Below are positions 44,829 through 53,652 of a stretch of 64,000 nt of DNA, in pieces. The position numbers were made by a program, and so were the translations under genes. Source of the DNA: Methanomassiliicoccales archaeon (GTDB lineage: Archaea > Thermoplasmatota > Thermoplasmata > Methanomassiliicoccales > UBA472); NCBI GenBank assembly GCA_040768245.1, contig JAXGNA010000005.1:36716-100715 (forward strand), read 5' to 3'. The notes below the pieces were generated by a model, which saw only the letters and a list, made by a program, of their open reading frames with translations, did not search any database and was not told the origin of the DNA. Positions within the stretch are counted from its first letter, which is position 1. The number at the start of each line of letters is the position of its first letter.

Positions 44829-45322
44829 GGGACGTGGACCTGCAGAAGATGCCCAAGGTCGGGGAGCTGGCTCCTGATTTCCAGCTGCCCGACGACTCCG
44901 GCAACGTCCTGCGTTTGAGCGATCTGTGCCGGGAACATGTGGTCCTGCTGCTCTTCTATCCGGCCGATTTCGGCATGATCTGCAGTGTGCAGATGGGCGA
45001 GCTGAGGGACATGCACCAGGAGTTCCTGGCCGCCGGGGTCATGGTGCTGCCGCTGGGCACCAACAGCATACGGTCGCACGCGGCCTGGAAGGAATCCATG
45101 CGCTTACCGTTCCCGCTGCTGGCCGACGAGGATGGCCTGGTGACCAGGGAATGGCACATGGCCTGCGATGATGATGACCTGCTGAGGAACCGCTCATGCC
45201 GGGGGGCCTTCATCATCGACCGGGACCGGGTCGTCCGCTACCGGTGGATCCCGCCCACCCCTCACCAGGGGCCGGACGTTCCCTCCCTGCTGCGCGAGTC
45301 GGCGGCTATCGCGAAGCGTTGA
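44825..45322 (+). CDS. Peroxiredoxin (Bcp/AhpC-TSA family)-like protein
   Basis: LAPDFQLPDDSGNVLRLSD...VVLLLFYPADFGMICSVQMGEL and a downstream AW..S motif. The start overlaps the upstream stop. Confidence 0.7.
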   Translation: MRDVDLQKMPKVGELAPDFQLPDDSGNVLRLSDLCREHVVLLLFYPADFGMICSVQMGELRDMHQEFLAAGVMVLPLGTNSIRSHAAWKESMRLPFPLLADEDGLVTREWHMACDDDDLLRNRSCRGAFIIDRDRVVRYRWIPPTPHQGPDVPSLLRESAAIAKR

Positions 45323-45974
45323 GCCGGCCGATGCGCAGCTGCCCAGAATCCCTAGCGAACTCCACCAGGATATCGTCCGCCACCAGCGGCGAAAGATGCA
45401 TCGGCGAGTCCAGGACCAGGGTCTCGTACTCCCCGCCCTCGCCGGACACGTTCATCCCTCTCGCTTTGGCCAGGGAGGCGAGCTCATCGACCGAACCGCG
45501 GTCCAGGACTCTCCCCAGCCATTCCCTGCCCAGTCCGTCCGAGTACACACCGACCAGCATTATCCTCATTCCCGCCTGCAGCATGTCGTTCAGAAGGGCC
45601 AGCTGGTCCTTGCGCCAGAGCGGCGAGAATACCCTGAGCCCGAGCTTGTGGCATACCCCGTTGATGCGGTCCCACTGGTAGTCGGAGGCTATCGCCCCGG
45701 TCACCACGCCCTCCACGTCCAGATTCGATAGGGCCGATTCCAGGGCCTCCAGGTCGGCACCCTCCTCACCGCTGGAGGGCACGGCGATGAGGTCCTTTCC
45801 CATCGCCTTCGCCATCTCCGGCAGGTGCTCCAGGTTCAGGGTATGGAACACCCAGGAATGGGGGTCCTCCGGCACCACGGTCACCAGGCATACCACCTCG
45901 TGCCCGGCCTGCTCCATGAGGTGGGCAGCGTACGTGGAGTCCTTACCGCCGGAGAAAAGGCAGGCCAAGCGCAT
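45306..45974 (-). CDS. dph6: Diphthine-ammonia ligase / MJ0570-type PP-loop ATPase
   Basis: MRLACLFSGGKDSTYA (SGGxDS PP-loop), 222 aa. Its 3' end overlaps the convergent gene by 17 nt. Confidence 0.75.
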   Translation of the reverse strand: MRLACLFSGGKDSTYAAHLMEQAGHEVVCLVTVVPEDPHSWVFHTLNLEHLPEMAKAMGKDLIAVPSSGEEGADLEALESALSNLDVEGVVTGAIASDYQWDRINGVCHKLGLRVFSPLWRKDQLALLNDMLQAGMRIMLVGVYSDGLGREWLGRVLDRGSVDELASLAKARGMNVSGEGGEYETLVLDSPMHLSPLVADDILVEFARDSGQLRIGRLNASR

Positions 45975-46058
45975 GAACCTGGAACCGCGTAAGCGGATTT
46001 AATCCATGCGGGGCAAGGATTGAAATTGATTTCCGGGCATAACCCCTCCGGTACGAGA

Positions 46059-46223
46059 ATGCCCTTACACTGCCCACGCTGCAAGAAGAACATCGACAAG
46101 GCCAAGGTCGATGAGATCGACGCCCAGCTGATGAGCGCATATCACAACGACGCCCTGAGACGGGGACTGTGCCCGGTGTGCATGACCCCGCTCATCGATA
46201 CCGATAGGAAGGTGAAGGAATGA
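46059..46223 (+). CDS. Small zinc-ribbon protein
   Basis: MPLHCPRCKKN...GLCPVCMTPL (two CxxC pairs). ATGA overlap with the next gene. Confidence 0.4.
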   Translation: MPLHCPRCKKNIDKAKVDEIDAQLMSAYHNDALRRGLCPVCMTPLIDTDRKVKE

Positions 46224-46927
46224 GGATGGACGAGATGTCCTCCGCTTCGTTCGCCGAAGCGGTGAAGAAGGACCCCATCGTGTTCCTTCCCATGGGCGCC
46301 ATGGAGGCCCACGGGCCGCATCTGCCGTTGGGCACGGACACCTTCCAGCCTGAGCATGTGGTAAAGGCGGTGAGCGATAACGTCGGCGGGATCGTCGCCC
46401 CCACCATCAATTATGGCCAGCATTCCTCGACCAGGAACTTCCCGGGCACCATCGATATCAGCTTCGATACCTTGCGGGCATTGGTCATGGACATCCTGGA
46501 CGCCTTCCAGAGGAACGGCATAAGGAAGGTGGTCATCGTCTCCGGCCATCTGGGCTCGGTCCATCGCGCCGCCATCAAACTGGCCTGCGAGAGGGCGGCC
46601 CGGCAGGGCCTCAAGGTCATGTTCCTCAGCGATTACGAGCTGGCGTACCTGAAGAAACCGGACGTCTGCGAGGGACTGCCGGACGGACATGGCGGGATCA
46701 TCGAAACGTCCAGGATCATCGACATCCGGCCCGACCTGGTGAATGAGGAACGCACTGTCGGGGAGTTCGTGGACACCCGTTTCATGGTCCGGGCGGACGC
46801 GGAATGCTGTCTGCCGCAGGGTTTCGGCGGTGACGCCAGGAGAGCGAGCAAGGAGAAGGGCAGGTTCGTCAATCAGTTCGTCATCGAGGCGCTGACCGAC
46901 CTGGTCCGCCAGAACTTCGAGGGTTAG
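46220..46927 (+). CDS. Creatininase-family amidohydrolase (ArfB-like)
   Basis: FLPMGAMEAHGPHLPLGTD metal-binding motif and VIVSGHLGS. Ends with TAG. Confidence 0.75.
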   Translation: MRMDEMSSASFAEAVKKDPIVFLPMGAMEAHGPHLPLGTDTFQPEHVVKAVSDNVGGIVAPTINYGQHSSTRNFPGTIDISFDTLRALVMDILDAFQRNGIRKVVIVSGHLGSVHRAAIKLACERAARQGLKVMFLSDYELAYLKKPDVCEGLPDGHGGIIETSRIIDIRPDLVNEERTVGEFVDTRFMVRADAECCLPQGFGGDARRASKEKGRFVNQFVIEALTDLVRQNFEG

Positions 46928-46928
46928 G

Positions 46929-47603
46929 ATGAACGAGAAGAAGCGATTGGCCGCGGAGAAGGCCGTGGAGCTGGTGCAGGACGGGATGAAGGTCGGGCTG
47001 GGAACGGGAAGCACCGCCTACTTCGCCATCGAGGCCATCGGCCGGCTGGTGAAGGGCGGGTACAAGATAATCGCGGTACCGACCTCGGTGGCCAGTGAGA
47101 AGCAGGCCCGGGAACTGGGCATACCGTTAGCGACCCTGGAGGAGGCCGGGACCTTGGACATCACCATCGACGGGGCGGACGAGGTGGATGCTAACCTCGA
47201 TCTCATCAAGGGGATGGGCGGGGCGCTGCTGCGGGAGAAGATAGTCGCCCATTCCACTCGCATGGAGGTCATCGTGGTGGACGATTCCAAGATAGTTACC
47301 AAGCTGGGCACCAAGTTCCCGCTGCCGGTGGAGGTGGTGCCGTTCTCTCATGGACGGACGAAGGCGTACATGGAGGAGCTGGGCTGCCAGGCCGACCTGC
47401 GCGGCGGGGATGACCCGTTCGTGACGGACAACGGCAACTACATCTACCATCTGCATTTCGAGCGGGGGATCAAGGACCCCTACGACCTCCAGAGGAAACT
47501 GAAGGAGATACCGGGAGTGGTGGAGACCGGCCTGTTCCTGAACATGGCTAAAAGGGTGATCGTGGCCTCCGATCCCGGGATAAGGGTGATGGAAAGGGTT
47601 TGA
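46929..47603 (+). CDS. rpiA: Ribose-5-phosphate isomerase A
   Basis: VGLGTGSTA, DGADEVD, KGMGGALLREK motifs. Confidence 0.9.
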   Translation: MNEKKRLAAEKAVELVQDGMKVGLGTGSTAYFAIEAIGRLVKGGYKIIAVPTSVASEKQARELGIPLATLEEAGTLDITIDGADEVDANLDLIKGMGGALLREKIVAHSTRMEVIVVDDSKIVTKLGTKFPLPVEVVPFSHGRTKAYMEELGCQADLRGGDDPFVTDNGNYIYHLHFERGIKDPYDLQRKLKEIPGVVETGLFLNMAKRVIVASDPGIRVMERV

Positions 47604-47975
47604 TCACGGGTTCAGGGAAAGCGCCTTGAGCTGATCGATGTTCTTCTCGATCGACTCCATCCGCTTCCTCTCCTCCTTCTCCAAGGTCTCGATGATCTTG
47701 TCGAAGGGGATGGCCAGCTTATAGGCGTGCACCGGCCTGCCTTTCCCTTCTTTCTTGATGTCCCTCTTGATGACCCACTTGCGGCGGCGAAGCTCCTGCA
47801 TAGCGATGGACACCTCGGGCTGACGGAGGGCGGTCATGATCTCAATTTCGACAGATGTCGTTTCTTCCTTCTTGCGCAGGAACGCCAAAGTTTTAGCGAC
47901 GTTCTTGGGCATTCCGGTGTTGACCAGCAGATCCACGAGCGATTCGTCCTTCTTGTTGAAGCCTTTGTCGGCCAT
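47604..47975 (-). CDS. Winged-helix transcriptional regulator (ArsR/TrmB-like)
   Basis: TSVEIEIMTALRQPEVSIAMQELRRRKWVIKRDIKKEGKGRPVHAYKL (HTH plus wing), followed by a coiled-coil tail. Confidence 0.6.
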   Translation of the reverse strand: MADKGFNKKDESLVDLLVNTGMPKNVAKTLAFLRKKEETTSVEIEIMTALRQPEVSIAMQELRRRKWVIKRDIKKEGKGRPVHAYKLAIPFDKIIETLEKEERKRMESIEKNIDQLKALSLNP

Positions 47976-48455
47976 ATCACATCACCCATTTTATTTATTA
48001 TAAATACATATCAATTATTATTTGATTGATATATATTACTTTCTATTCGCATAATATTTTATATTGCTGGCCATATTACTGGCATAGGCATTTTAAGGTC
48101 CGTTAAACTTTAATGGCCTTCAGCGAATATTATGCCGAGAAACCCCCGAGAATTGCGGCCCTATTATAAACTTTCGTTTATTATTTGACCACTGATAAAG
48201 ATTATCACGGAAGACGCGACCCCTCGATCCGCTCCATCGAAAAATTAGATAATTAATAGTCTCGATGAATATATTCATTATATATCACAGAAGAATATTG
48301 GAAAGGAACGATTTCATATAGCAATCGACGAATTGGCACGTGGACCGGAAAGCTATCGGTCCGGGATAACCGACCCAGTATGCTGGGGTGGGGTTTTTTT
48401 CCATGCTAAGGGTTTAAATAGAGAATGAGTATTAAGGCATTTTTGCTCCAATGGG

Positions 48456-48743
48456 ATGAATATTATGAAGATGCCTAGGTCCATCAAGACTTACTGTCCA
48501 TCCTGCAAGACTCATACCGATCACGAGGTCGAGAGGGTTAAGAAGAAGAAGGCCAGCGAGATGAAGTGGGGTCAGAGAAGGTTCCGCAGGGCTACCGCCG
48601 GTTACGGAGGTTTCCCCAGGCCAAAGCCGGAAGGGCGCGAGAAGCCCACCAAGAGGATCTCTCTGAGATACCGCTGCAAGAAGTGCAAGAAGGCCCACCA
48701 GAAGACTTGCTTCAGGGCCAAGAAGTTCGAGCTGACGGAGTGA
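48456..48743 (+). CDS. rpl44e: Ribosomal protein L44e (eL42)
   Basis: [15 protein letters not shown]...[11 protein letters not shown] zinc-ribbon, basic, 95 aa. Confidence 0.9.
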   Translation: MNIMKMPRSIKTYCPSCKTHTDHEVERVKKKKASEMKWGQRRFRRATAGYGGFPRPKPEGREKPTKRISLRYRCKKCKKAHQKTCFRAKKFELTE

Positions 48744-48748
48744 TTTTC

Positions 48749-48922
48749 ATGGCCACCACCGGTAAGTTCATAAAAGTGAAGTGCCAGGATTGCGGAAACG
48801 AGCAGATCACCTACAAGAAGCCGGCCATGAACGTGGCCTGCGCGGTATGCGGCTCTACTCTGGTCAAGTCCCGCGGAGGCGAGGGCGAGGTCAGGGGAGA
48901 GCTGCTTGAGGTGGTCGACTAA
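48749..48922 (+). CDS. rps27e: Ribosomal protein S27e (eS27)
   Basis: FIKVKCQDCGNEQITYKKPAMNVACAVCGSTL. ATG at 48749 within track ORF 48566-48922. Confidence 0.9.
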   Translation: MATTGKFIKVKCQDCGNEQITYKKPAMNVACAVCGSTLVKSRGGEGEVRGELLEVVD

Positions 48923-49704
48923 TGGCTAGGGTCGGCGAGTTCCCCGAGGAAGGGGAGCTCGTGGTCTGCACCGTGCAGAACGTCAAGAACTTCGGGGCGT
49001 TCGTAACCCTCGACGAGTATGGCGGCAAGGAAGGCTTCATTCACGTTCGCGATGTGGCGACCGGTTGGGTCAAGTACATCCGAGACTACGTGAGGGAAGG
49101 CCAGAAGGTCGTCTGCAAGGTTCTGGGTGTGGACTCGACCAAGGGACATATCGATCTTTCTTTAAAATCCGTCAACGAGCACCAGCGCCGGGAGAAGGTC
49201 CAGCAATGGAAGAACGAGACCAAGGCCGAAAAGCTCCTGGAGATCGTGGCCACCCGCCTGGGCAAGACCCCTGACGAATGCTGGGAGGAGTTCGGATACC
49301 TTTTAGTGGACGCCTTCGGGACTTTGTACGGAGCGTTCGAGAGCTGCGCCATAGACGATAACGCTCTGGAGGAGGCCGAGCTCGCCGGAGACTGGACGGA
49401 CGCGTTCATAGAGGTGGCCAAGGAGAACGTCACCCCGCCCTACGTCCAGATAGCTGGGATACTGGAGCTGCGCTCCCCCGCCCCAGATGGGGTTGACCGC
49501 ATCAAGGCCGCCCTCAAGAAGGGACAGGAGTCCTCGGAGGAAGAGCTCCAGATCCAGTACATCGGGGCCCCGCGTTACCGTCTGGTAATGAGCGCCCCGG
49601 ACTACAAGACCGCGGAAGAGGCTTTGAAGGAAGTCACCAACCTGGTCATCGCCGAGATCAAGGAGACCGGCGGCGACGGGGCGTTCCACCGGGACGCTAA
49701 GTGA
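48922..49704 (+). CDS. eif2a: Translation initiation factor aIF2 alpha subunit
   Basis: N-terminal S1 domain GELVVCTVQNVKNFGAFVTLDEYGGKEGFIHVRDV...KVLGVD..KGHIDLSLK; 260 aa. Confidence 0.9.
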   Translation: MARVGEFPEEGELVVCTVQNVKNFGAFVTLDEYGGKEGFIHVRDVATGWVKYIRDYVREGQKVVCKVLGVDSTKGHIDLSLKSVNEHQRREKVQQWKNETKAEKLLEIVATRLGKTPDECWEEFGYLLVDAFGTLYGAFESCAIDDNALEEAELAGDWTDAFIEVAKENVTPPYVQIAGILELRSPAPDGVDRIKAALKKGQESSEEELQIQYIGAPRYRLVMSAPDYKTAEEALKEVTNLVIAEIKETGGDGAFHRDAK

Positions 49705-49764
49705 TAGTACGGCAAAGTGATTTATCGAGGTCTAGTCTTATACTGGTCCGCAGGCGATAGGACT

Positions 49765-49926
49765 ATGAAGACCACCCTGAGGATATGCGATAGGTGCCGG
49801 GAGTACACTCTCAAGGACATCTGCCCCAGGTGCGGTTCCCAGACCTCCACGCCCATACCCCCTCGGTACTCACCCGACGACAGATACGGGGAGTATCGCC
49901 GGAGGGCGCGTCAGGAGAACAGGTGA
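49765..49926 (+). CDS. nop10: H/ACA RNP protein Nop10
   Basis: MKTTLRICDRCREYTLKDICPRCGSQTSTPIPPRYSPDDRYGEYRR. Confidence 0.85.
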   Translation: MKTTLRICDRCREYTLKDICPRCGSQTSTPIPPRYSPDDRYGEYRRRARQENR

Positions 49927-49931
49927 TTCAC

Positions 49932-50690
49932 ATGGATAGCGTCATAATGGTCATGCATGAGCGGCCCGAGCTGCGCGCCCCGATACTTATCGAGGGGCTG
50001 CCAGGGGTCGGCAACGTCGGCAAGCTGGCGGCGGAGCACCTGGTGGAACAGGTCAAGGCGGTCAAGTTCGCCGACATATATTCCAAGCATTTCCCGCCGC
50101 AGGTGCTGCTGGATGACGATGGAGTGATCCGTCTGGTCAACAACGAGCTGCATTATTACCGCGGTGAGGGGGACCGGCCGGACATAATCATCATGACCGG
50201 CGATTACCAGGGCATGACCCCCGACGGCCAGTACGAGCTGTCGTATCATGCCATCAAGGTCTGCAAGGACCTCGGCGTCTCCAGGATCTACACCCTGGGC
50301 GGGTACGGGGTCGGCAAGATCGTGGAAAAGCCCAGGGTGCTCGGCGCGGTGACCGAGATCTCCATCTGCGAGGAGATGACCAAGCACGGCGTGATATTCT
50401 CCAAGGGAGAGCCCGGCAGCGGAATAGTCGGCGCCTCCGGCCTCATGCTCGGACTGGGGAAGATGGAGGGCATACCGGCGATCTGCCTCATGGGCGAGAC
50501 GTCCGGATACTTTGTCGACCCCAAGGGGGCGGAAGCGGTGCTCCGCGTGCTGATGTCCCTGATGCACATCGAGCTGGACCTCACCGCGCTCACCGACAAG
50601 GCCGAACAGATCGACCTCATCGCCAGCAAGCTGAAGGAGGCCGAGACCCCGGACGTTCCCAAGCGCGAGGACCTGGGCTACATCGGTTAA
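49932..50690 (+). CDS. PAC2-family proteasome-assembly-chaperone-like protein
   Basis: ILIEGLPGVGNVGKLAAEHLV, typical of the archaeal PAC2/COG1938 family. Start MDSVIMV at 49932. Confidence 0.7.
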   Translation: MDSVIMVMHERPELRAPILIEGLPGVGNVGKLAAEHLVEQVKAVKFADIYSKHFPPQVLLDDDGVIRLVNNELHYYRGEGDRPDIIIMTGDYQGMTPDGQYELSYHAIKVCKDLGVSRIYTLGGYGVGKIVEKPRVLGAVTEISICEEMTKHGVIFSKGEPGSGIVGASGLMLGLGKMEGIPAICLMGETSGYFVDPKGAEAVLRVLMSLMHIELDLTALTDKAEQIDLIASKLKEAETPDVPKREDLGYIG

Positions 50691-50784
50691 ACCTTTTTCA
50701 TCCTTTTAAAAAAAGAAAAAAGAGGGGAGGTTTCTGGGGGGAACCTCGGGCCTGACTAGGTGCATCCCATCCCTTCCTGACAGG

Positions 50785-51039
50785 CTACTTCCTCATATAC
50801 CGCTCTTCGTAGGCTTCCATCTCCGCCAGGACCCTCTCGGCCTCTTCCATCTTTTTCATCTTGTCGGCGACCAGGTCGACCCTAGCGTAAATGAAGTCTC
50901 TGATGGCAGCTCTGATGGCTTCTGATCTGGAGGGGAAGTCGTCTACCTGAACTAGGAAATCCAGAGCCCGGATGTGCCTAGCCGGCAATCGCAACGTGAC
51001 CTTCTCCAGGTCGCCTTCTTCCATCGTACTTCCTGACAA
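50785..51039 (-). CDS. Ribbon-helix-helix (CopG-like) protein
   Basis: VTLRLPARHIRALDFLVQVDDFPSRSEAIRAAIRDFI is a beta-strand plus two helices of the RHH fold, followed by a helical tail. Confidence 0.55.
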   Translation of the reverse strand: MSGSTMEEGDLEKVTLRLPARHIRALDFLVQVDDFPSRSEAIRAAIRDFIYARVDLVADKMKKMEEAERVLAEMEAYEERYMRK

Positions 51040-51212
51040 CGTAGGTCGTTTAGACCTCTATTGTCCGACATCTCTATGACTTGGTCCATATATAATGGTT
51101 GTTTTGTCGGACCTCCTTCGGCGCACATGCCTGGAGGTGTCGAAAGGCATGAAATCGAGCCGCGGGCACACGATAATTGATAAATACGCTATCTGTATTA
51201 TGGTGGCTTACA

Positions 51213-51324
51213 CCCGACTTAGCTCAGTCTGGCTAGAGCGGCTGACTGTAGTGGGATCCCGGCTTGCCGGTCCTCAGCCGCCGATATCAGCAGGTGCCCG
51301 GTTCAAATCCGGGAGTCGGGACCA
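51213..51324 (+). tRNA. tRNA-Tyr (anticodon GUA) with a 34-nt intron at 37/38, CCA encoded
   Basis: C1-G72 acceptor CCCGACT/AGTCGGG (archaeal Tyr identity pair), D arm GCTC-AGTCTGGCTA-GAGC. Anticodon stem GCTGA/TCAGC with loop CTGTAG|intron|A (GTA at 51248-51250). T arm CCCGG-TTCAAAT-CCGGG, A73, CCA at 51322-51324. Confidence 0.85.
51252..51285 (+). other. tRNA-Tyr intron (boundaries inferred)
   Basis: TGGGATCCCGGCTTGCCGGTCCTCAGCCGCCGAT lies between G37 and A38. It contains the internal hairpin CCGG-CTTG-CCGG. Confidence 0.6.
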
Positions 51325-51332
51325 TCCTTTCT

Positions 51333-52631
51333 TCACCTACGCTTGGCGGATATGGCCGCCATGGCCATCTGCCCGTCCTCGATGACCTTGCCCAGGTCCA
51401 AGTTCTGCGGGATGCGGTCCTTGACCACGATGTCGCCGAAGCAGATCACGCTCCTCACATCCCCCCGCCCGGCCGAGTAGACCAGGTTGGAGACGGCGTT
51501 ATCCAGGGTCAGCGGCCGGAGCGTCGGCGAGCGGGAATCCATTATCACGATGTCGGCCCGCTTGCCTGCCTCGATGGAACCGATCTCCTTCTCCAGTCCG
51601 AGCGCCTTCGCCGCGTTCACCGTGGCGAAGTCCAGGGCCTCCTGGGCCTTGACCACCGTGGGGTCCCAGCGACTGGACTTCTGCAACAGCGCCAGGGTCT
51701 TCATCTCCCCGAACATGTCCATGGAATTGTTGGTGGTCGAACCGTCCGTGCCGATGGTGACGTTGACGCCCTCCCTCAGCATCTCCGGTATGGGGGCCAC
51801 GCCCCCGGTGGCGAGCTTCATGTTCGACACTGGACATGAGGAGATGGACGCGCCGGCCTTGGCCAAGGCGCGCACCTCGCTGATGGTGAGCCAGGCGGAG
51901 TGGGCGGCCAGGCACCTCTGGTTCAAGAAGCCGATGTAAGAAAGCCAGTCGCCCGGGCGTTTGCCGGTCTTTTTCTTGTGCTCGTAGACCTCGTCCCTGG
52001 TCTCCGAGAGATGGAAGGTCATGAGGGCGCCGGTGCGGTCCGAGAACTCCCGGGAGGACATGAAGGTCTCCTCCGAGCAGACGTAGACCCCCTGAAGCCC
52101 TATTCCAGGCACGATGTTCCTGTCCCCGGCGAAACGGGAGTGGAAGGACTTGCAGTTGTCCAGCGGGACGCCGTTCTGGGTGGTGTACTGCTGGTCGAGA
52201 ACGGCCCAGCAAAGCACTCCGCGCATCCCGGCCTCCTTGACCGCCTGGGCGATGACGTCCTGGGAATAGTAGAGGTCCACGAAGGTGGTGGTCCCGCCGG
52301 TAAGCATCTCCAGGCACCCCAGGCGCGCACCGGCCAGGAGATCTTCGTCCTTGCGGTCGGAATCGATGGCGAAGACCCGGTTCAGGAAATCACCGAACGG
52401 CAGGTCGTCGGCCATCCCCTTCATGACCGACATGGCCACGTGACAGTGGGTGTTAATGAGCCCGGGCAGCACCGGGGCGCCCCGGGCGTCTATCTCCTCG
52501 TCCGCTCCGCCCCGGACCTTCCCGACCTCGGCGATGATGCCGTCCTCGACCAGAACATCCCCGGTGAACACCCTCCGGGACCGGTCCTGGGTGATGATCG
52601 TCCCGTTCCTGACAAGCACGCTCTTAGCCAT
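51333..52631 (-). CDS. mtaD: 5-methylthioadenosine/S-adenosylhomocysteine deaminase (amidohydrolase superfamily)
   Basis: PGLINTHCHVAMS (HxH metal site), later HLSET and GTDG motifs; 432 aa. Confidence 0.8.
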   Translation of the reverse strand: MAKSVLVRNGTIITQDRSRRVFTGDVLVEDGIIAEVGKVRGGADEEIDARGAPVLPGLINTHCHVAMSVMKGMADDLPFGDFLNRVFAIDSDRKDEDLLAGARLGCLEMLTGGTTTFVDLYYSQDVIAQAVKEAGMRGVLCWAVLDQQYTTQNGVPLDNCKSFHSRFAGDRNIVPGIGLQGVYVCSEETFMSSREFSDRTGALMTFHLSETRDEVYEHKKKTGKRPGDWLSYIGFLNQRCLAAHSAWLTISEVRALAKAGASISSCPVSNMKLATGGVAPIPEMLREGVNVTIGTDGSTTNNSMDMFGEMKTLALLQKSSRWDPTVVKAQEALDFATVNAAKALGLEKEIGSIEAGKRADIVIMDSRSPTLRPLTLDNAVSNLVYSAGRGDVRSVICFGDIVVKDRIPQNLDLGKVIEDGQMAMAAISAKRR

Positions 52632-52735
52632 CGGCCCTGGAAGGTTTTCCGCCGATTATAATTGTATGCCGGGGTCGCAAGTTTAATTTCACAGTTCCTG
52701 CATGGGACCTCACATCGTTATATTGCGGAGCCTCG

Positions 52736-53530
52736 ATGACGAAACTGGTGTTCCTGGGCACGGGGGGAGGGCGTTTCTCCACCATATACCAGATCAGGGC
52801 CACAGGAGGTCTCTATCTCATGGACGGGATCAACATGCATATCGATCCTGGCCCGTCGGCCGCGCACCAGATGCACCGCGTCAAGCTGGACCCGGCCAAG
52901 ACCGATGCGGTGCTGGTCTCACACTGCCATCCCGATCATTACACGGACGCGGAGGTCATGATCGAGGGCATGTCCCGGGGCGGCCTTAAGAAACGAGGCA
53001 CGCTACTGGCCTCCCGCTCCGTACTGGAGGGGTCGCAGCTGCACGGCCCGGCCATATCCAACTATCACCGTTCGCTGCTGGACCGCATCGAGATGGCCTC
53101 GCCGGGGGGCAGCGTCGATGTCGATGGTGTTAAGATCAGGTTCACCAGCACCAGGCACAGCGATCCCACCGGGGTCGGTTTCTCCATAGAGACCCGGGAC
53201 GGCCTGGTCTCCTACGTCAGCGATACCGAGCTGGACGAGCGCGTGACCAAGGAACAGGAGGGAAGCCGCCTGCTCATCCTTCCGCTCACCCGCCCCTGGG
53301 GGGCCAGGATACCTAACCACCTGTGCACCGAGGACGCGCTGGAGTTCGTTAGGGCGATAAGACCGGAAATGGCCATCCTCACCCACTTCGGCGCCAAGCT
53401 CATACATGCCGGGGCGGAGAAGCAGGCGGGCATGATCGAGAAGGGCACCGGGGTGCGCACCGTCGCCGCCCAAGACCTGATGAGCGTACAGCTGGGCAAG
53501 GCCATTCGCATCCACCGTTCGGGGTCCTGA
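52736..53530 (+). CDS. MBL-fold metallo-hydrolase
   Basis: VLVSHCHPDHY (HxHxDH) motif; 264 aa. Confidence 0.75.
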   Translation: MTKLVFLGTGGGRFSTIYQIRATGGLYLMDGINMHIDPGPSAAHQMHRVKLDPAKTDAVLVSHCHPDHYTDAEVMIEGMSRGGLKKRGTLLASRSVLEGSQLHGPAISNYHRSLLDRIEMASPGGSVDVDGVKIRFTSTRHSDPTGVGFSIETRDGLVSYVSDTELDERVTKEQEGSRLLILPLTRPWGARIPNHLCTEDALEFVRAIRPEMAILTHFGAKLIHAGAEKQAGMIEKGTGVRTVAAQDLMSVQLGKAIRIHRSGS

Positions 53531-53652
53531 ACAGTTACTAATATATAGTAGCGCTTACATAGTATGAACTGCAGCGCACGAAGGCCGGTGGATCTTCCTC
53601 CTATAGTTTTGAATCCCCACCACACCGGCCCGCTGCGGATTTTTCCTAAAAG

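Noticed and set aside
51095-51839. ORFs 51095-51385 and 51264-51839 covering tRNA-Tyr and the antisense of mtaD
   Set aside because: They read straight through a well-folded tRNA and opposite a motif-supported amidohydrolase gene.
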